A DNA stretch of 63,859 bases, filler included, from Octopus bimaculoides (lineage: Eukaryota), in NCBI RefSeq assembly GCF_001194135.2. It is 6 parts of 6 records of this genome, joined end to end, with 100 filler letters (N's around TTAATTAATTAA, not from the genome) between each part and the next. Parts side by side here need not be neighbours in the genome. Positions count along the whole stretch, not along the records: positions 33,832 to 57,051 come from NC_069005.1; positions 57,152 to 60,919 come from NW_026357907.1; positions 61,020 to 62,574 come from NW_026412818.1; positions 62,675 to 63,859 come from NC_068990.1; 2 more parts are not named here. One strand, 5' to 3'. The notes below the pieces were generated by a model, which was not told the origin of the DNA, ran no database searches, and saw only the letters and a list, made by a program, of their open reading frames with translations. Position numbers and translations under genes: made by a program. Shown in pieces: positions 52,346 through 63,769 of this stretch; the first letter of the stretch is position 1; every line of letters starts with the position of its first letter.

Positions 52346-53118
52346 GGATCTTTTTGGTTTGACGGGCAACACTTGTTTTCTTAACGAAACACTTTCAAAC
52401 TTGGGATACTGGTAGAATGTGTCATATAAAACATCTTTTTCTCTTAGCCTTCTTAACAAAAATTAGTTCTTAATAAGTTATTTCATGTTAAAGTTGTCGT
52501 ATTTCTGTAATTTCAACCAATCACTGACGTCTATTCAGCTGAATACAGTTAGTGCTCTTTTTATAAACAATAATTTTTACCGGTGTCAAGAGTGTTATTC
52601 CCTGTTTAATTATATTATTATTCCCTAGTAAGGGTTTAGGGTTTTAGGGTTAGGGTTCGGGTTTTAGAGTTAGGGTTAGTTTTAGGATTACGGTTAGGGT
52701 TATGATTATTTTTGCCATAACCTCACTCATAACCCTAACCCTAACTCTAAAACCCGAACCCTAACCCTAAAACCCTAAAGCTAAAACCAGTACAAACGCA
52801 CGAACGATGTCATAAATAAGAGTAACACGGGTAGTTGTTGACAAACAACGGTATTAATTTTATTCAAGGGAAAAGATCCCATGGCACCGTTGTTTACATT
52901 CCACGCCATTAATTGTTTTCACCTCAATAGACGTCAGTGATTGGTTGAAATTACCGAAATACGACAACTTTTTACATGAAATAACTTCGAATACAAAATT
53001 TTTTATCTGTTCTATAATACAAAATATACAAGTATACGAAGTTTGAAAGTGTTTCGGTACCAAAAACACTACATAAAAACATTAATGAAAAATGTTGCCC
53101 GTCAAACCAAAAAGATCC
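52346..53118. mobile_element. Foldback MITE with 28-bp perfect TIRs and a central telomere-like palindrome
   Basis: TCGGATCTTTTTGGTTTGACGGGCAACA at 52344-52371 is inverted at 53093-53120. A subterminal IR lies at about 52479-52536/52926-52984. A 45-bp perfect IR of TTAGGG variants lies at 52635-52679/52735-52779. Confidence 0.88.
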
Positions 53119-53639
53119 GATGCAAGTATCTCAACCACCCAAAAGGAAACTACGTAAATCATAAACATTAAAGAGCTCCATGAGAGGAATATTTACGTGA
53201 AAACTGCATTGAAAATTTGATCCAAAAATAGTTGCGCGACCGAAAGAGGTAGATAATTATCTGAATGTTATTCCAGCAGCCCTTAGGAATCTACATGAAA
53301 CCTACTTACATAAGAAAGAGCTTCATGAGAGGAAACTGCATTAAAAAAATAAGAGATACAAAAAAGTGGTGTAACTCGAAGTTCTGAAACAGAGGTAGGT
53401 ATCTCTGAATGGAGTTATCTCAGCAACCCTTGGAGGAAACCACATAAACCCTATATAGACATTAAAGTTCTCCATGAGAGGACTCTTTGGGTGAAATCTT
53501 GAAGTACCGACTCAAAGGTAGAAAACTACATGAAGGATATTAGGGCTATCTCAATAGCCCTAAAAGGAAACTTGTGTTTACGTCCCCGTAACTTAGCGGT
53601 TCGGCAAAAATATCAAATAAATATATAAAAAAATACTTG

Positions 53640-54325
53640 GGATCTTGTTCAAAACGGGGGCACCAGTATTTTCTTAACGAAACACTTTGAAACTTGGGAC
53701 ACTGGTAGAATGTGTCATATAAAACATCTTTTTCTCTTAGTCTTCTTAACAAAAAAACGTACATCGCAAGTTATTTCATGTTAAAGTTGTCGTATTTCTG
53801 TAATTTCAACCAATGACTGGCGTCCATTCAGCCGAATAACAGTAAGTGCTGACTACGTAAACAAACGATTCTCGCGGTGATAAAATTATTATTTTCTTGT
53901 CAAAAAATGGCTGAAGCATATTGGCAGTAGCTAATAAACCTTTCTATTATAGGCACAATGCATGGTTTTTGAGGGAAGGAGCAAGTCAATTAGGGTTAGG
54001 GNNNNNNNNNNNNNNNNNNNNNNNNNNNNNNNNNNNNNNNNNNNGTGTGTTGCCTCTGCAAAATGTCAGAAGTAATGGAAATTAAATACGCTTTACACCG
54101 CTTAAAGTGCCAAAGGAGTAAGTGTAAACAGCTGAATACTTGTCAGTGATTGGTTGAAATTATCGAAATAAGACAACTTTTTACATGAAATAAATTCGAA
54201 TACAAATTTTTTTTCTGTTCTTTAATACAAAATAGATAAGTATACGAAGTTTGAAAGTCTTTCGGTACCAAAAACACTACATAAAACATAAATGAAAACT
54301 GGTGCCCCCGTTTTGAACAAGATCC
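53640..54325. mobile_element. Related MITE with different TIRs and an 8-bp TSD (Merlin-like)
   Basis: TIR GGATCTTGTTCAAAACGGGGGCACCAGT. Perfect TSD AATACTTG at 53632-53639 and 54326-54333. Subterminal sequence is shared with 52346-53118, and TTAGGGTTAGGG runs into the central gap. Confidence 0.88.
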
Positions 54326-57010
54326 AATACTTGTTTTAACAATAAATAAATAAATAATCGAAAAACATTTAACAATATTTCTTAAAATAAAATCAAAACT
54401 TATCTTTTCGAAGAATTGCTGTAAACTAAAATTTCAAACGTAATACGTAGAACTAAGCGTTTATATGAAATATATCACGCATTGTCTCCAGAGGTTATTG
54501 AACCTCACGTGTATGGGAGAGAAGGCTAACTACGCACTACTGTGAAGATAGTTACTGAAAGTAAACCCCTTGTACGAAGCACCTGTGAATAAACGGTTAT
54601 TGAATTTACTCCGCCTGAAAACTTCATTCTTCGTATTTCCAGCTCCTTGAATCAACAGAATAATTATAATGTAAGAAGATACCCCAAAAGTATCATAAAG
54701 ACCTTCCTTCCATTAAAGCTCCATGAGAGAAATATTAAGGGGAAGAGTGCATTAAGAAACACTAAATTCCAAATATATAGTGAGGAAAATGAAGTAGATA
54801 ACTCCCTAAATTAAGATATTTCAGCTACCCTTGAAGGAAGCTACATAAATGCCATACAGACATTAAATAGCTCATTGAGATCAAACTTAAGGCGAAAACC
54901 CTTTTAAGATATTAGATACACAAATTATCGTGTGACTTTAAGTGACAAAAATGAGGTAAATAACTCCTTGAGTGAAGTTATCACAGCTACTTTTAAAAGA
55001 AAGTACATGAATGCCATATAAATCTGAAAGAACTCCATGAGAGTAAACGTAATGAAAAAATTGAATTGAAAAATATTAAATATACAAAAAGTTGTGTAAT
55101 TTTAAGTGACGAAACAAAGGTAGATAATTCTCTGAATGAAGGTATCTCAGCTACTTTTAAAGATCACTACACAGAAAACTGTATCGTCAATAAAGATCCC
55201 ATTGAGAGAAATCTTAGGGTGAAAACTGAATTCAAAATATTTCATATAAAAAATATTGTATGACTTTAAGTGACGAATGAAGAAATCCCAGCCACTCTTG
55301 ATGGAAACAATATAAAACCTATATAGTTGAAATTCATAGACTAGCAAAAGACGAAGACAGATCTGTGAACAACAAACAGGTGTATTAGTTTGATGTTCGG
55401 GAAAACGAAAAGTCTTTTACGTTTCGAGCCTACAAAATAAACACAAAAAAGTGTAGATTTAGCGGTCAAGCTAAAGGATAGCTAGACATGAAACAGCTCC
55501 ATGACAGTATACTTAAGGTGAAAACAGCATTAAAATATATTAGATACATAAATTATCGTGTGACTGTAAGACGAAGTAGAGGTTGCTAGCTCCGAGAATG
55601 GCGATATCTCAGCTACGCTTAGAGCAAACTACATAAGAGCCATATAGACCTTAACCAGATCCTTGAGAGTAAACTTGGTGTAAAAACTTTATTGAAACAT
55701 ATTAGATACAAAAAAAATATTGTGTGACTTTCAGTGACGTATCTCAGCCACCTTGAAACCAGACTAGATAAAATCTATATAGAAATTAAAGCGCTCCACG
55801 AGAGAAATTTTTGTGTGAAACGTGCATTGAAAAATATTTGGTACAAAAAAATGTTGCTTGACTTCAAGTTACGAAAAAGATAACTCCCTGAATGAAGATA
55901 TGCCAGCTATACTAAATGGAAACGATACAAAAACCTGTATAGACATTGAATAGCTCCATAAGAGGAATGTTAGGGTAAAAACTGCATTAAAAAATATTAG
56001 CTACAAAAATGTTGTGTCATTTTAAGTGATAAAACAGAGGCAGATTACTCTCTGAATGAAGGTATCTCAGCTACCCCTATAGGTAACTCCATACAAGTCA
56101 TATAGACATTAAATAGATTCATGAGAATAGACTTAGGGTGAAAGCTGCATTTTAAAATATTAGGTAAAAAAAAAAAAAGACGTCGTGCGATTTTAAGTGA
56201 GGAGAAAGATGTAGTTAAGTCATTAATTGAAGATACCTCAACTACCCTTAAAGAAATCTACATAAAACTAATTTTCAAATGATACGACTTTATTAGAGAA
56301 ATCTTATTGTGAAAACTACATTGAAAAATATTGATTCCAAAAATATTGTGCGACTCCATTGACGAAAAAAGATAACTCCCTGAATGAAGATATCTCAGCT
56401 ACCCTTAAAGGTAACCACAAAAAAGCCATGCAGATATCAAACAGCTACATGAGAGAAAATTGCATTGAAAAATATTAGATACAAAAAATATTGTGTGACT
56501 TTAAGTGATGAAAATGAAGTAGATAGCTACCTGAATGAAAAGATTCCGGCTACTCTAAATGGAGACGACATAAAACTTATGTTCAAATGGTAGAGCTCTT
56601 TGAGAGAAATCTTTGTGTGAAAACTGCAGTAAAAAGTATTTTTATGATTTAAAGTCACATAAAATATCGTGTGTAAGAGGAAATAAGAAAGGTAAATAAC
56701 TCCCTGAATGAAAATATCTTTTATCTTTTACTTGTTTCAGTCATTAGATTTCGGTCATGCTGGGGCATCGATTGAATCTTTAGTCGAATGGATCTCAGTA
56801 AATTTTTTAAAGCCTGGTATTTATTCTATCAGTCTATATTTTTAGCAGAACACGTGTTATGTCTCCAGTAATTTTCTTTCATTTAAATAAATGTTTATGT
56901 AAATTAAAAGAAATTTTCCAAATTCGTTGTATGTACATAGTTGTTTTGTATGTAGGGTCTTCCACACTTATTAATCTATATCATCTTATATTAGCATATA
57001 TATATATATG

Positions 57011-57051
<41 letters not shown>

Positions 57052-57167
57052 NNNNNNNNNNNNNNNNNNNNNNNNNNNNNNNNNNNNNNNNNNNNTTAAT
57101 TAATTAANNNNNNNNNNNNNNNNNNNNNNNNNNNNNNNNNNNNNNNNNNNNTCCCTATATATTTATG

Positions 57168-57205
<38 letters not shown>

Positions 57206-58469
57206 CAAAATAATCAACAAGGATATCCAGAGTTAATGCAGTACAATCGTTTCATGAAACTCTGTTTAATTGAACAATGTAATCATTACATCAATTTAAA
57301 ATGCAGGTCAATCTTCAGCTGCACAAAGACATAGAATTTAATTAAGTTAGAACAGATGGACACATTAGTATAATTATACCTAAAATCTCCAACAAGTTAA
57401 GGAGATAGACAAAGAACAGACTGCCTCACTCTAGTTTAGAAGAAGATATACATTGTTACAGACTCTGCCTGTCACTGTTTTTTTTGTTTTCATGGGGTCA
57501 GTCTTAATTTATAGACTAGTTTATCAAATCCCTTGTATATCTAAAGCGAAGAGAAGAGAGGGAAGTATCTGTTAGGGGTAGAACTGAGGGATCAGGCAGA
57601 CATCATAGTTGGTATAGTCATAAAAATCGAGATTTATTAGAAGCAATATCATGAGTTTGGTAAAGGAAGACTTAAAACAAGATGTTAGCTGATAATTAAG
57701 GGGGTCACCCACTAGCAGACCATTGATAATGAAACAGAGAAAGTCTTATCATGTAGTACTATAGTTAAATATTTTAAACAATGATGCTTGGAGTTAGATC
57801 TATATATATATATAGAGAGAGAGGNNNNNNNNNNNNNNNNNNNNNNNNNNNNNNNNNNNNNNNNNNNNNNNNNNNNNNNNNNNNNNNNNNNNNNNNNNNN
57901 NNNNNNNNNNNNNNNNNNNNNNNNNNNNNNNNNNNNNNNNNNNNNNNNNNNNNNNNNNNNNNNNNNNNNNATTTAACTATAGTACTACATGATACGTAGA
58001 TTGTCAATCCAAACATGAACAAGCAAGAAGAACAATAACGCGAGGACGTGGAATAAGTACAGTGTTATTGGATGCTCAGGAAAGGAAAGAATAGAAAGAG
58101 GATTTCACGTTTTGAGCGGAGCTCTTCATCAGAAATATAGAAAAAGTCCAAAGAAGGGAAGACAGAGAAAGAAAATTGCCAACGATACGCACGCGGTCAC
58201 ATATTGGAATGACCGGAAGGGAAAGGCTGAAGAAAAAGTTCTTTTCAAAGACATGAGAGTGCAAGAGAAGGAGGTATATGTGTATATGTGTGGGTAAATG
58301 CATGCATGCATGTTTGTGTGTGCGTGGTAGTGGCTGTTTATGTATGTGTGTGGTTGGACATAGTATCGTTTAAGGTCATAGCAAGAATTTTGGTAGGAGT
58401 GGCTGCCTGTTGTGTGTCTACCTAGACATGTGCGTAAGAGATTGGTCAGTAGAAAGGTACTGGTAGTTT

Positions 58470-59510
58470 GAAGTATGTGTGTGTGCGTATATGTATGTGT
58501 AGTGTGTGTGTGTGCTTTGTTTGCAGTGTGTCTGTATGTATGTTTGTGTGTGTACGTGTGGGTATGTGTGTACGCGTGAGGTTGTGTCTGTGGAGCAATT
58601 TTACTTTACTCAGTGAGTGTGTATATGCTTGCATGTGCGTTTGTGTGTTCATGTGTGTATAAATTGTGTGAATGTATGTATGAGTGTGTGCTGTGTGTGT
58701 ATGGGAGGTATGTGTATGTCTGTATATATGTGTGTGCGTGTATGTGTGTGTCTGTATATATGTGTGTGCGTGTATGTGTGTGTCTGTATATATAAGTGAG
58801 TGTGTCCAAGTGTGTGTGTGCGTGTATATTTTGTATGTGTGCATATGTATGCGTGTGTTTATGTGTGTTTGTGCATGTGTGTGTTAACGAGGGGTTGTGT
58901 AGGGGGTATAGGTGCGTTTTTTGCGTGTGTATGCATGTGTATGTATGTGTGTAGTAGTGTGGGCGTGTGTATGCGTGTGCTTATGCGGGTGTGTATACGT
59001 GTATGCGTGGGATTGAGTGTTAGGTATGTGTGCATGTGTGCGCTTGCGTGTGTGTGTGCGTGTATGTGTCTGTATGTGTATGTGTGCGTGCGTGTATGCA
59101 TATATTGTGAGTATGTATGTGTGTATGCGTGTGTACGTCAGTTGTGTGTGGGTTTTGTGTAGGCGCATATGTGCGTGCCTGTGAGTATGTGCATGTATGC
59201 GTTTACGTGCCTGTGTGCATGTATGTGCGCGTGCCTGTATGTGTATTGTGTGTTTTGGAGGTATATATGCCTACATGTGCTAGTGTGTATCTGTATGTGT
59301 ATGTACGCGTGTATGTGTGTGCATGTGCTTGTGTATATGTGCGTGCGTGTATGTCCGTGTGTGCATTTGTGTATGTGCGTGCATGTGCATATGTGTGTGT
59401 GAACGTCTCAGGTTATTTGTTCATTTTGTTACGTGTAAGCGCGTGTGCTTGAGTATGTATGTGTATCTGGTTATGTGTACGTGTGTATGTTTGTGTGTGT
59501 GTGTGTGTGT
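58470..59510. repeat. ~1 kb cryptic TG-rich alternating purine-pyrimidine tract
   Basis: Degenerate TGTG/TATG/TGCG mosaic. Source of the C/V and H/T ORFs in the track. Confidence 0.9.
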
Positions 59511-59890
59511 AGGCGCAGGAGTGGTTGTGTGGTAAGTAGCTTGCCTACCAACCACATGGTTCCGGGTTCAGTCTCACTGCATGGTGCCATGTGCAAGTGT
59601 CTTCTACTATAGCCTCAAGCTGACTAAACCTTGTGAGTGGATATGGTAGACGGAAACTAAAAGAAGCCCGTCGTATACGTGTGTGTGTGTATGTGCGTGT
59701 GTTTCTGGGGTCTGTCTTGGTCCCCCCACCCGACATCCCTTGACAACTGATGCTGGTGTGTTTACGTCCCTGTAACTTAGCGGTTTGTCAAAAGAAACTG
59801 ATAAAATAAGTACTAGGCTTACTGGGGTCGATTTGCTCCACCATGGCCACAATGAAATGACTGAAACAATGAAAGAATAAAAGAATAAAT
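59511..59890 (+). mobile_element. tRNA-headed SINE family B with internal (TG)n
   Basis: ggcgcaggagtggttgtgtggtaag...aagtgtcttctactatagcc...gactgaaacaatgaaagaataaaagaat. Other copies at about 838-1000(-), 9550-9720(+), 14453-14600(+), 14864-15220(+), 17160-17290(-), 34665-34920(+), 47055-47440(+), 48125-48232(-) and 49535-49860(+). Confidence 0.88.
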
Positions 59891-59977
59891 GTAAGTATGA
59901 ACACACACGCGAACACACATGTATACGCACACACACACATTTTGCTGCTCTGAGTTTATTTATTGAGTTATTCATCC

Positions 59978-60008
<31 letters not shown>

Positions 60009-60059
60009 ATGTATGCACATACACACACATATAAATATATATTTGTGACACACACACAC

Positions 60060-60093
<34 letters not shown>

Positions 60094-60397
60094 ATATATA
60101 TAAATATATTTATATGTAAATATGTGTATATACAAGTGTGTATAAATACAATAGAAATCTCCATTAATTACTCCCCACCCGATCATTCCACCTTTTTTAA
60201 TTAATTTGATTCTTTCTCTTTTCTTTTTCTTTGAGTTTTTCATTTAATCTTTCACNNNNNNNNNNNNNNNNNNNNNNNNNNNNNNNNNNNNNNNNNNNNN
60301 NNNNNNNNNNNNNNNNNNNNNNNNNNNNNNNNNNNNNNNNNNNNCCCCCCCCCCTTTCACACACCATTTTTAATGTTTTTATTCTTTTCTTTCTCAG

Positions 60398-60552
60398 GTG
60401 AATCCACAAGCTGACAATGGTCAGACACCTCTACACTGGGCCTGTTCCAATGGAAACACAGACATAGTGTGTCTATTATTGAACCACATTGGCATCAATC
60501 CCAATGTGGTGGACAAAAATGGAGACACTCCTCTACATTGGGCAGTTAGAGA
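60398..60552 (+). CDS. Ankyrin-repeat protein internal exon ([52 protein letters not shown])
   Basis: Acceptor ttcttttctttctcAG, donor GA|GTAAGT, 155 nt open. Two G-x-TPLH-x-A ankyrin motifs lie 34 aa apart. Absent from the ORF track because it lacks a start codon. Confidence 0.92.
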
Positions 60553-61436
60553 GTAAGTCCCCATTGGATCTGGAATATCCAAATCTGTTTCTTTTGTTTT
60601 TTCAATAATGTTTGTTTCCTTTTCATTGAGTCCTTCATGTCATAATCCCACCATGGGGTCATTGTCTTTCTTCTCTTTTTCACACTGAGATGACACTGTA
60701 ATCTGCTTCATTAATTAATCATCACCATAATTGTTATTGTTGTTGCCTAACTGGACTCTTTACTTCATCTCATCTTCCATTACCTCAACGTTACAGGTTG
60801 AAATCCTCTCGCTTCTTCTTTTCATCCCATCTATAACTACTCTCTCTCTCTCTCTCCCTCTCTCTCTCTCTCTCTATCTCTCTCTCCATCTCTCTCTCTC
60901 CCTCTCTCTCTCTCTCTCTNNNNNNNNNNNNNNNNNNNNNNNNNNNNNNNNNNNNNNNNNNNNTTAATTAATTAANNNNNNNNNNNNNNNNNNNNNNNNN
61001 NNNNNNNNNNNNNNNNNNNACCACCACCACCACGACAACAACAATAACGACAAGAGCAACAGCACCAACAGAGGCAGGTGACCACCGCGGCTACAAAATC
61101 AAGAGTAACAGTAGCAGCAATACCAATCGCAGCAGCACGGCCAGCAGCAAAAACAACAGCAACAACCCCGATACCCACCACCAAAAAAAGCAACAACTTT
61201 ATCAATAGAACAACGCCAAAACGCTCTACAAGATTTGCCCCTCCCCTGTTCGGAGCACTAAGACAGACCTTGCGCGGAGGGGGACGACGAAAGACCAAAA
61301 TGGCAAAAAGTCGCCTGAACACACAAAAGGAAAAGAAACAGAGCCAAAAACACACAGACAATATAGACATAGACTTACCCAAATGCATGAATAAATTAAC
61401 ATTGATAGTTTTTCACCGTTGGTGCAATCATCTGAA

Positions 61437-62479
61437 ATGGAACTGTCAAAGCACGATATTCGAACAACTTTACTATTGAACATCAAAGAAGGATGTAAAG
61501 CAGCTGAAACTGCTCACGATATCAATGAAACCTTTACTGAGGAAATAACCAGTGAGTGGTCAGCTTGAAAATGGTTTAAACGATTTAGCAGCGGAAACCT
61601 GAAGATCGTGAGCGTAGTGGACGCCCGTCTGTCATCGATGACGGTCAAATGAAGACCGTCATTGAGAGAGAGCCACGTAAAACCACTCGAGAACTGGAAA
61701 AAAGAACTTCAAATTAGCCAGAAAACTGCCTGCAACCATTTGCATGCGATTGGAAAATCAGAAAAGTTCGACAAATGAGTACCACATGATTTGAATGAAA
61801 ATCAGAAATGTGCAGATATGAAATGTGCTCGTCGCTTCTTCGCCGTAACCAGACCGATCCATTTCTCGACCGTACTTACGATGAAAAGTAGATTCTGTAT
61901 AATAATAAAAAGTTCCCTAAACCCGATCTCTTCAAAAAGGAGGTTATGGTGATTGTTTAGTGATGTGCTGTTGGACTCATCCACTATAACTAAAATTAAA
62001 ACCCAGAAAAACCATTACGGCAGAAACATATTACCAAGAAATTGCCAAAATAAACGTAAAACTGCTACTCCTCTGTCTCAGACTGGTCAACAGAAGAGGG
62101 CCAATCATTCTTCATGGCAATGCTCGACCACACGTTTCACTAATGACGCTCCAGAAATTTAGGGAATTTGGCTACGCAGTTCTTCCCTACTCAGCCTATT
62201 CCCCAGACCTTTCTCCCAACGACTTCCACTTTTTCAAGTATCTTTATGGTTTCCTTCGAAAGAAGGAGTTCAAAAATCAAAGAGATGCCGAAAGCGCGTT
62301 CAAAGAGTCCATCAGCTCCAGAACTCCAGATTTTTATGTTAACGGAATAAACAAACTTGTAACTCATTCGCAAAAATGTGTTTATAGTAATGGTACTTAC
62401 TTTGATAAATAAAATTTCCGCATTGCTGAAATACATTTTGATGATTCAAAACGTTGCTTACTTTTCATTCAGCCTGATA
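61437..62479 (+). pseudogene. Mariner (Tc1/mariner) transposase pseudogene with 3' TIR
   Basis: MELSKHDIR...HTH...SGRPS...K*VPHDL (WVPHEL motif) and YSPDLSPNDFHFF (YSPDLAPSD motif), with multiple stops and frameshifts. Right TIR ...cttacttttcattcagcctgaTA. Left TIR not seen. Confidence 0.93.
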
Positions 62480-62674
62480 TTTATTTCCATGTTAATCGGG
62501 AATGGGGGGTGGAATGGTAGTGTTGTCCCAGAGACTCCTGGATCTCAACACAAAGATTATCTTCCTGGACCCAGNNNNNNNNNNNNNNNNNNNNNNNNNN
62601 NNNNNNNNNNNNNNNNNNTTAATTAATTAANNNNNNNNNNNNNNNNNNNNNNNNNNNNNNNNNNNNNNNNNNNN

Positions 62675-62958
62675 TCAGATTCCAGGAAACCCCAAAATGG
62701 CTGAAGTTCAAAAGATAGTGCTCATGGGAACTGCCCATATCCTACGTAAAATACTGTCTATGTGATCTCAAATTTTAAAACAAGCACATAATTTTCTTAT
62801 GGTTTCTTAAATATTCACTTGAACAAAACTGTACAAATCCAAATATATGGTACCCTAGGCATAACACCTACATGAACTTCTAACTTGTTGTCTCTTGAGG
62901 TCTCTGGGTGAGACTTGGATCCAACTTGTACAAATGCAAAACAAAAGTCAAACATAAA
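62675..62958 (+). mobile_element. R4/Dong-clade retrotransposon 3' end (copy 1)
   Basis: QIPGNPKMAEVQKIVLMGTAHILRKILSM* (TGA at 62763-62765) plus a ~190-nt 3'UTR ending in (TAA)n at 62958-62983. Confidence 0.8.
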
Positions 62959-62983
62959 ATAATAATAATAATAATAATAATAA

Positions 62984-63747
62984 AGCAGAGACTGAAGGAT
63001 TTTTAATTGCTACATAAGACCAAAGCCTCCCCACTAGAAATTACCAAAAACATATAATGGAAAGAAACATAACAAGTAACTGCAGAATATGTGGAGATGG
63101 GCAAAGAAACAATAAATCATATTATCTCTGGCTGCCTAGTCCTGGCTAAGAAGGAATATATTCACAGACACGACAGAGCTGGGACCTATATACACTGGAA
63201 GCTATGCCAACACTATGGAATAACAACAGAAAAAAGATGGTATAAGTACACGCCAGAAAAGGTCACAGAAAACGAGAAAGTAGCCATACTCTGGGATATG
63301 CCAATACACACAGATAGAGAGATTAAGGCCAATAGGCCAGATATAGTTGTCAGAGGTCATGAAGAAAACAAATTGCTTTCTAATTGATGTATCAATACCA
63401 GCAGATGACAACGTTTCCCTAAAAGAAATGGAGAAACTTTCAAAATACAAAGACCTAGAAATAGAGGTAACTCGAATGTGGAAATTAAAAACAGAAAGAA
63501 TTCCTATCATAGTAGGCGCCTTAGGTATAATAAAAACATATTCAGACAAATACATAACAAAAACCCCAGGACTTACAAATATATATAACATACAGAAAAT
63601 TGCATTACTGGGCACTGCACACATCCTACGCAAAACACTTTCAATACAGTAACCATAAGAGCATCACAGCAAACCACAGCACATACCCAAGGCACACAGA
63701 GCTGCGCTCGGTAGTGAAGTGAAAGCAAGTTATAAAAATAAAACTAC
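62984..63747 (+). mobile_element. R4/Dong-clade retrotransposon, 5'-truncated (copy 2): CCHC knuckle plus PD-(D/E)xK restriction-like endonuclease
   Basis: AETEGFLIA..CRICGDG..ETINHIISGC..YIHRHD..NRPDIVV..LIDVSIP..KEMEKLSKYKDL..QKIALLGTAHILRK, with a few stops and frameshifts. (TAA)n on both sides. Confidence 0.92.
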
Positions 63748-63769
63748 TAAATAATAATAATAATAATAA

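Larger units (their letters stand above)
49321..56719. repeat. Degenerate ~162-bp tandem repeat array (about 20-25 units, estimated), interrupted by insertions
   Basis: Recurring motif GGTAGATAACTCCCTGAATGAAGATATCTCAGCTACCCTT..AAACTACATAAAAC..GAGCTCCATGAGAG..AAAACTGCATTAAAAAATATTAGATAC. Measured spacings are 163 (49338-49501), 162 (52063-52225), 162 (54794-54956) and 164 (54956-55120). Confidence 0.92.

Noticed and set aside
52631-52787. True ancestral chromosome fusion site
   Set aside because: It is enclosed by TIRs and has a related element nearby, so transposon cargo is the simpler explanation.
49321-56719. CRISPR-like interpretation of the spaced repeats
   Set aside because: Eukaryotic context, the whole unit is repeated with no unique spacers, and there are no cas genes.
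61020-61479. Thr/Ala-rich 133-aa ORF that looks mucin-like
   Set aside because: Built on an (ACA/GCA)n trinucleotide tract next to a spacer, and it runs into the mariner 5' region.
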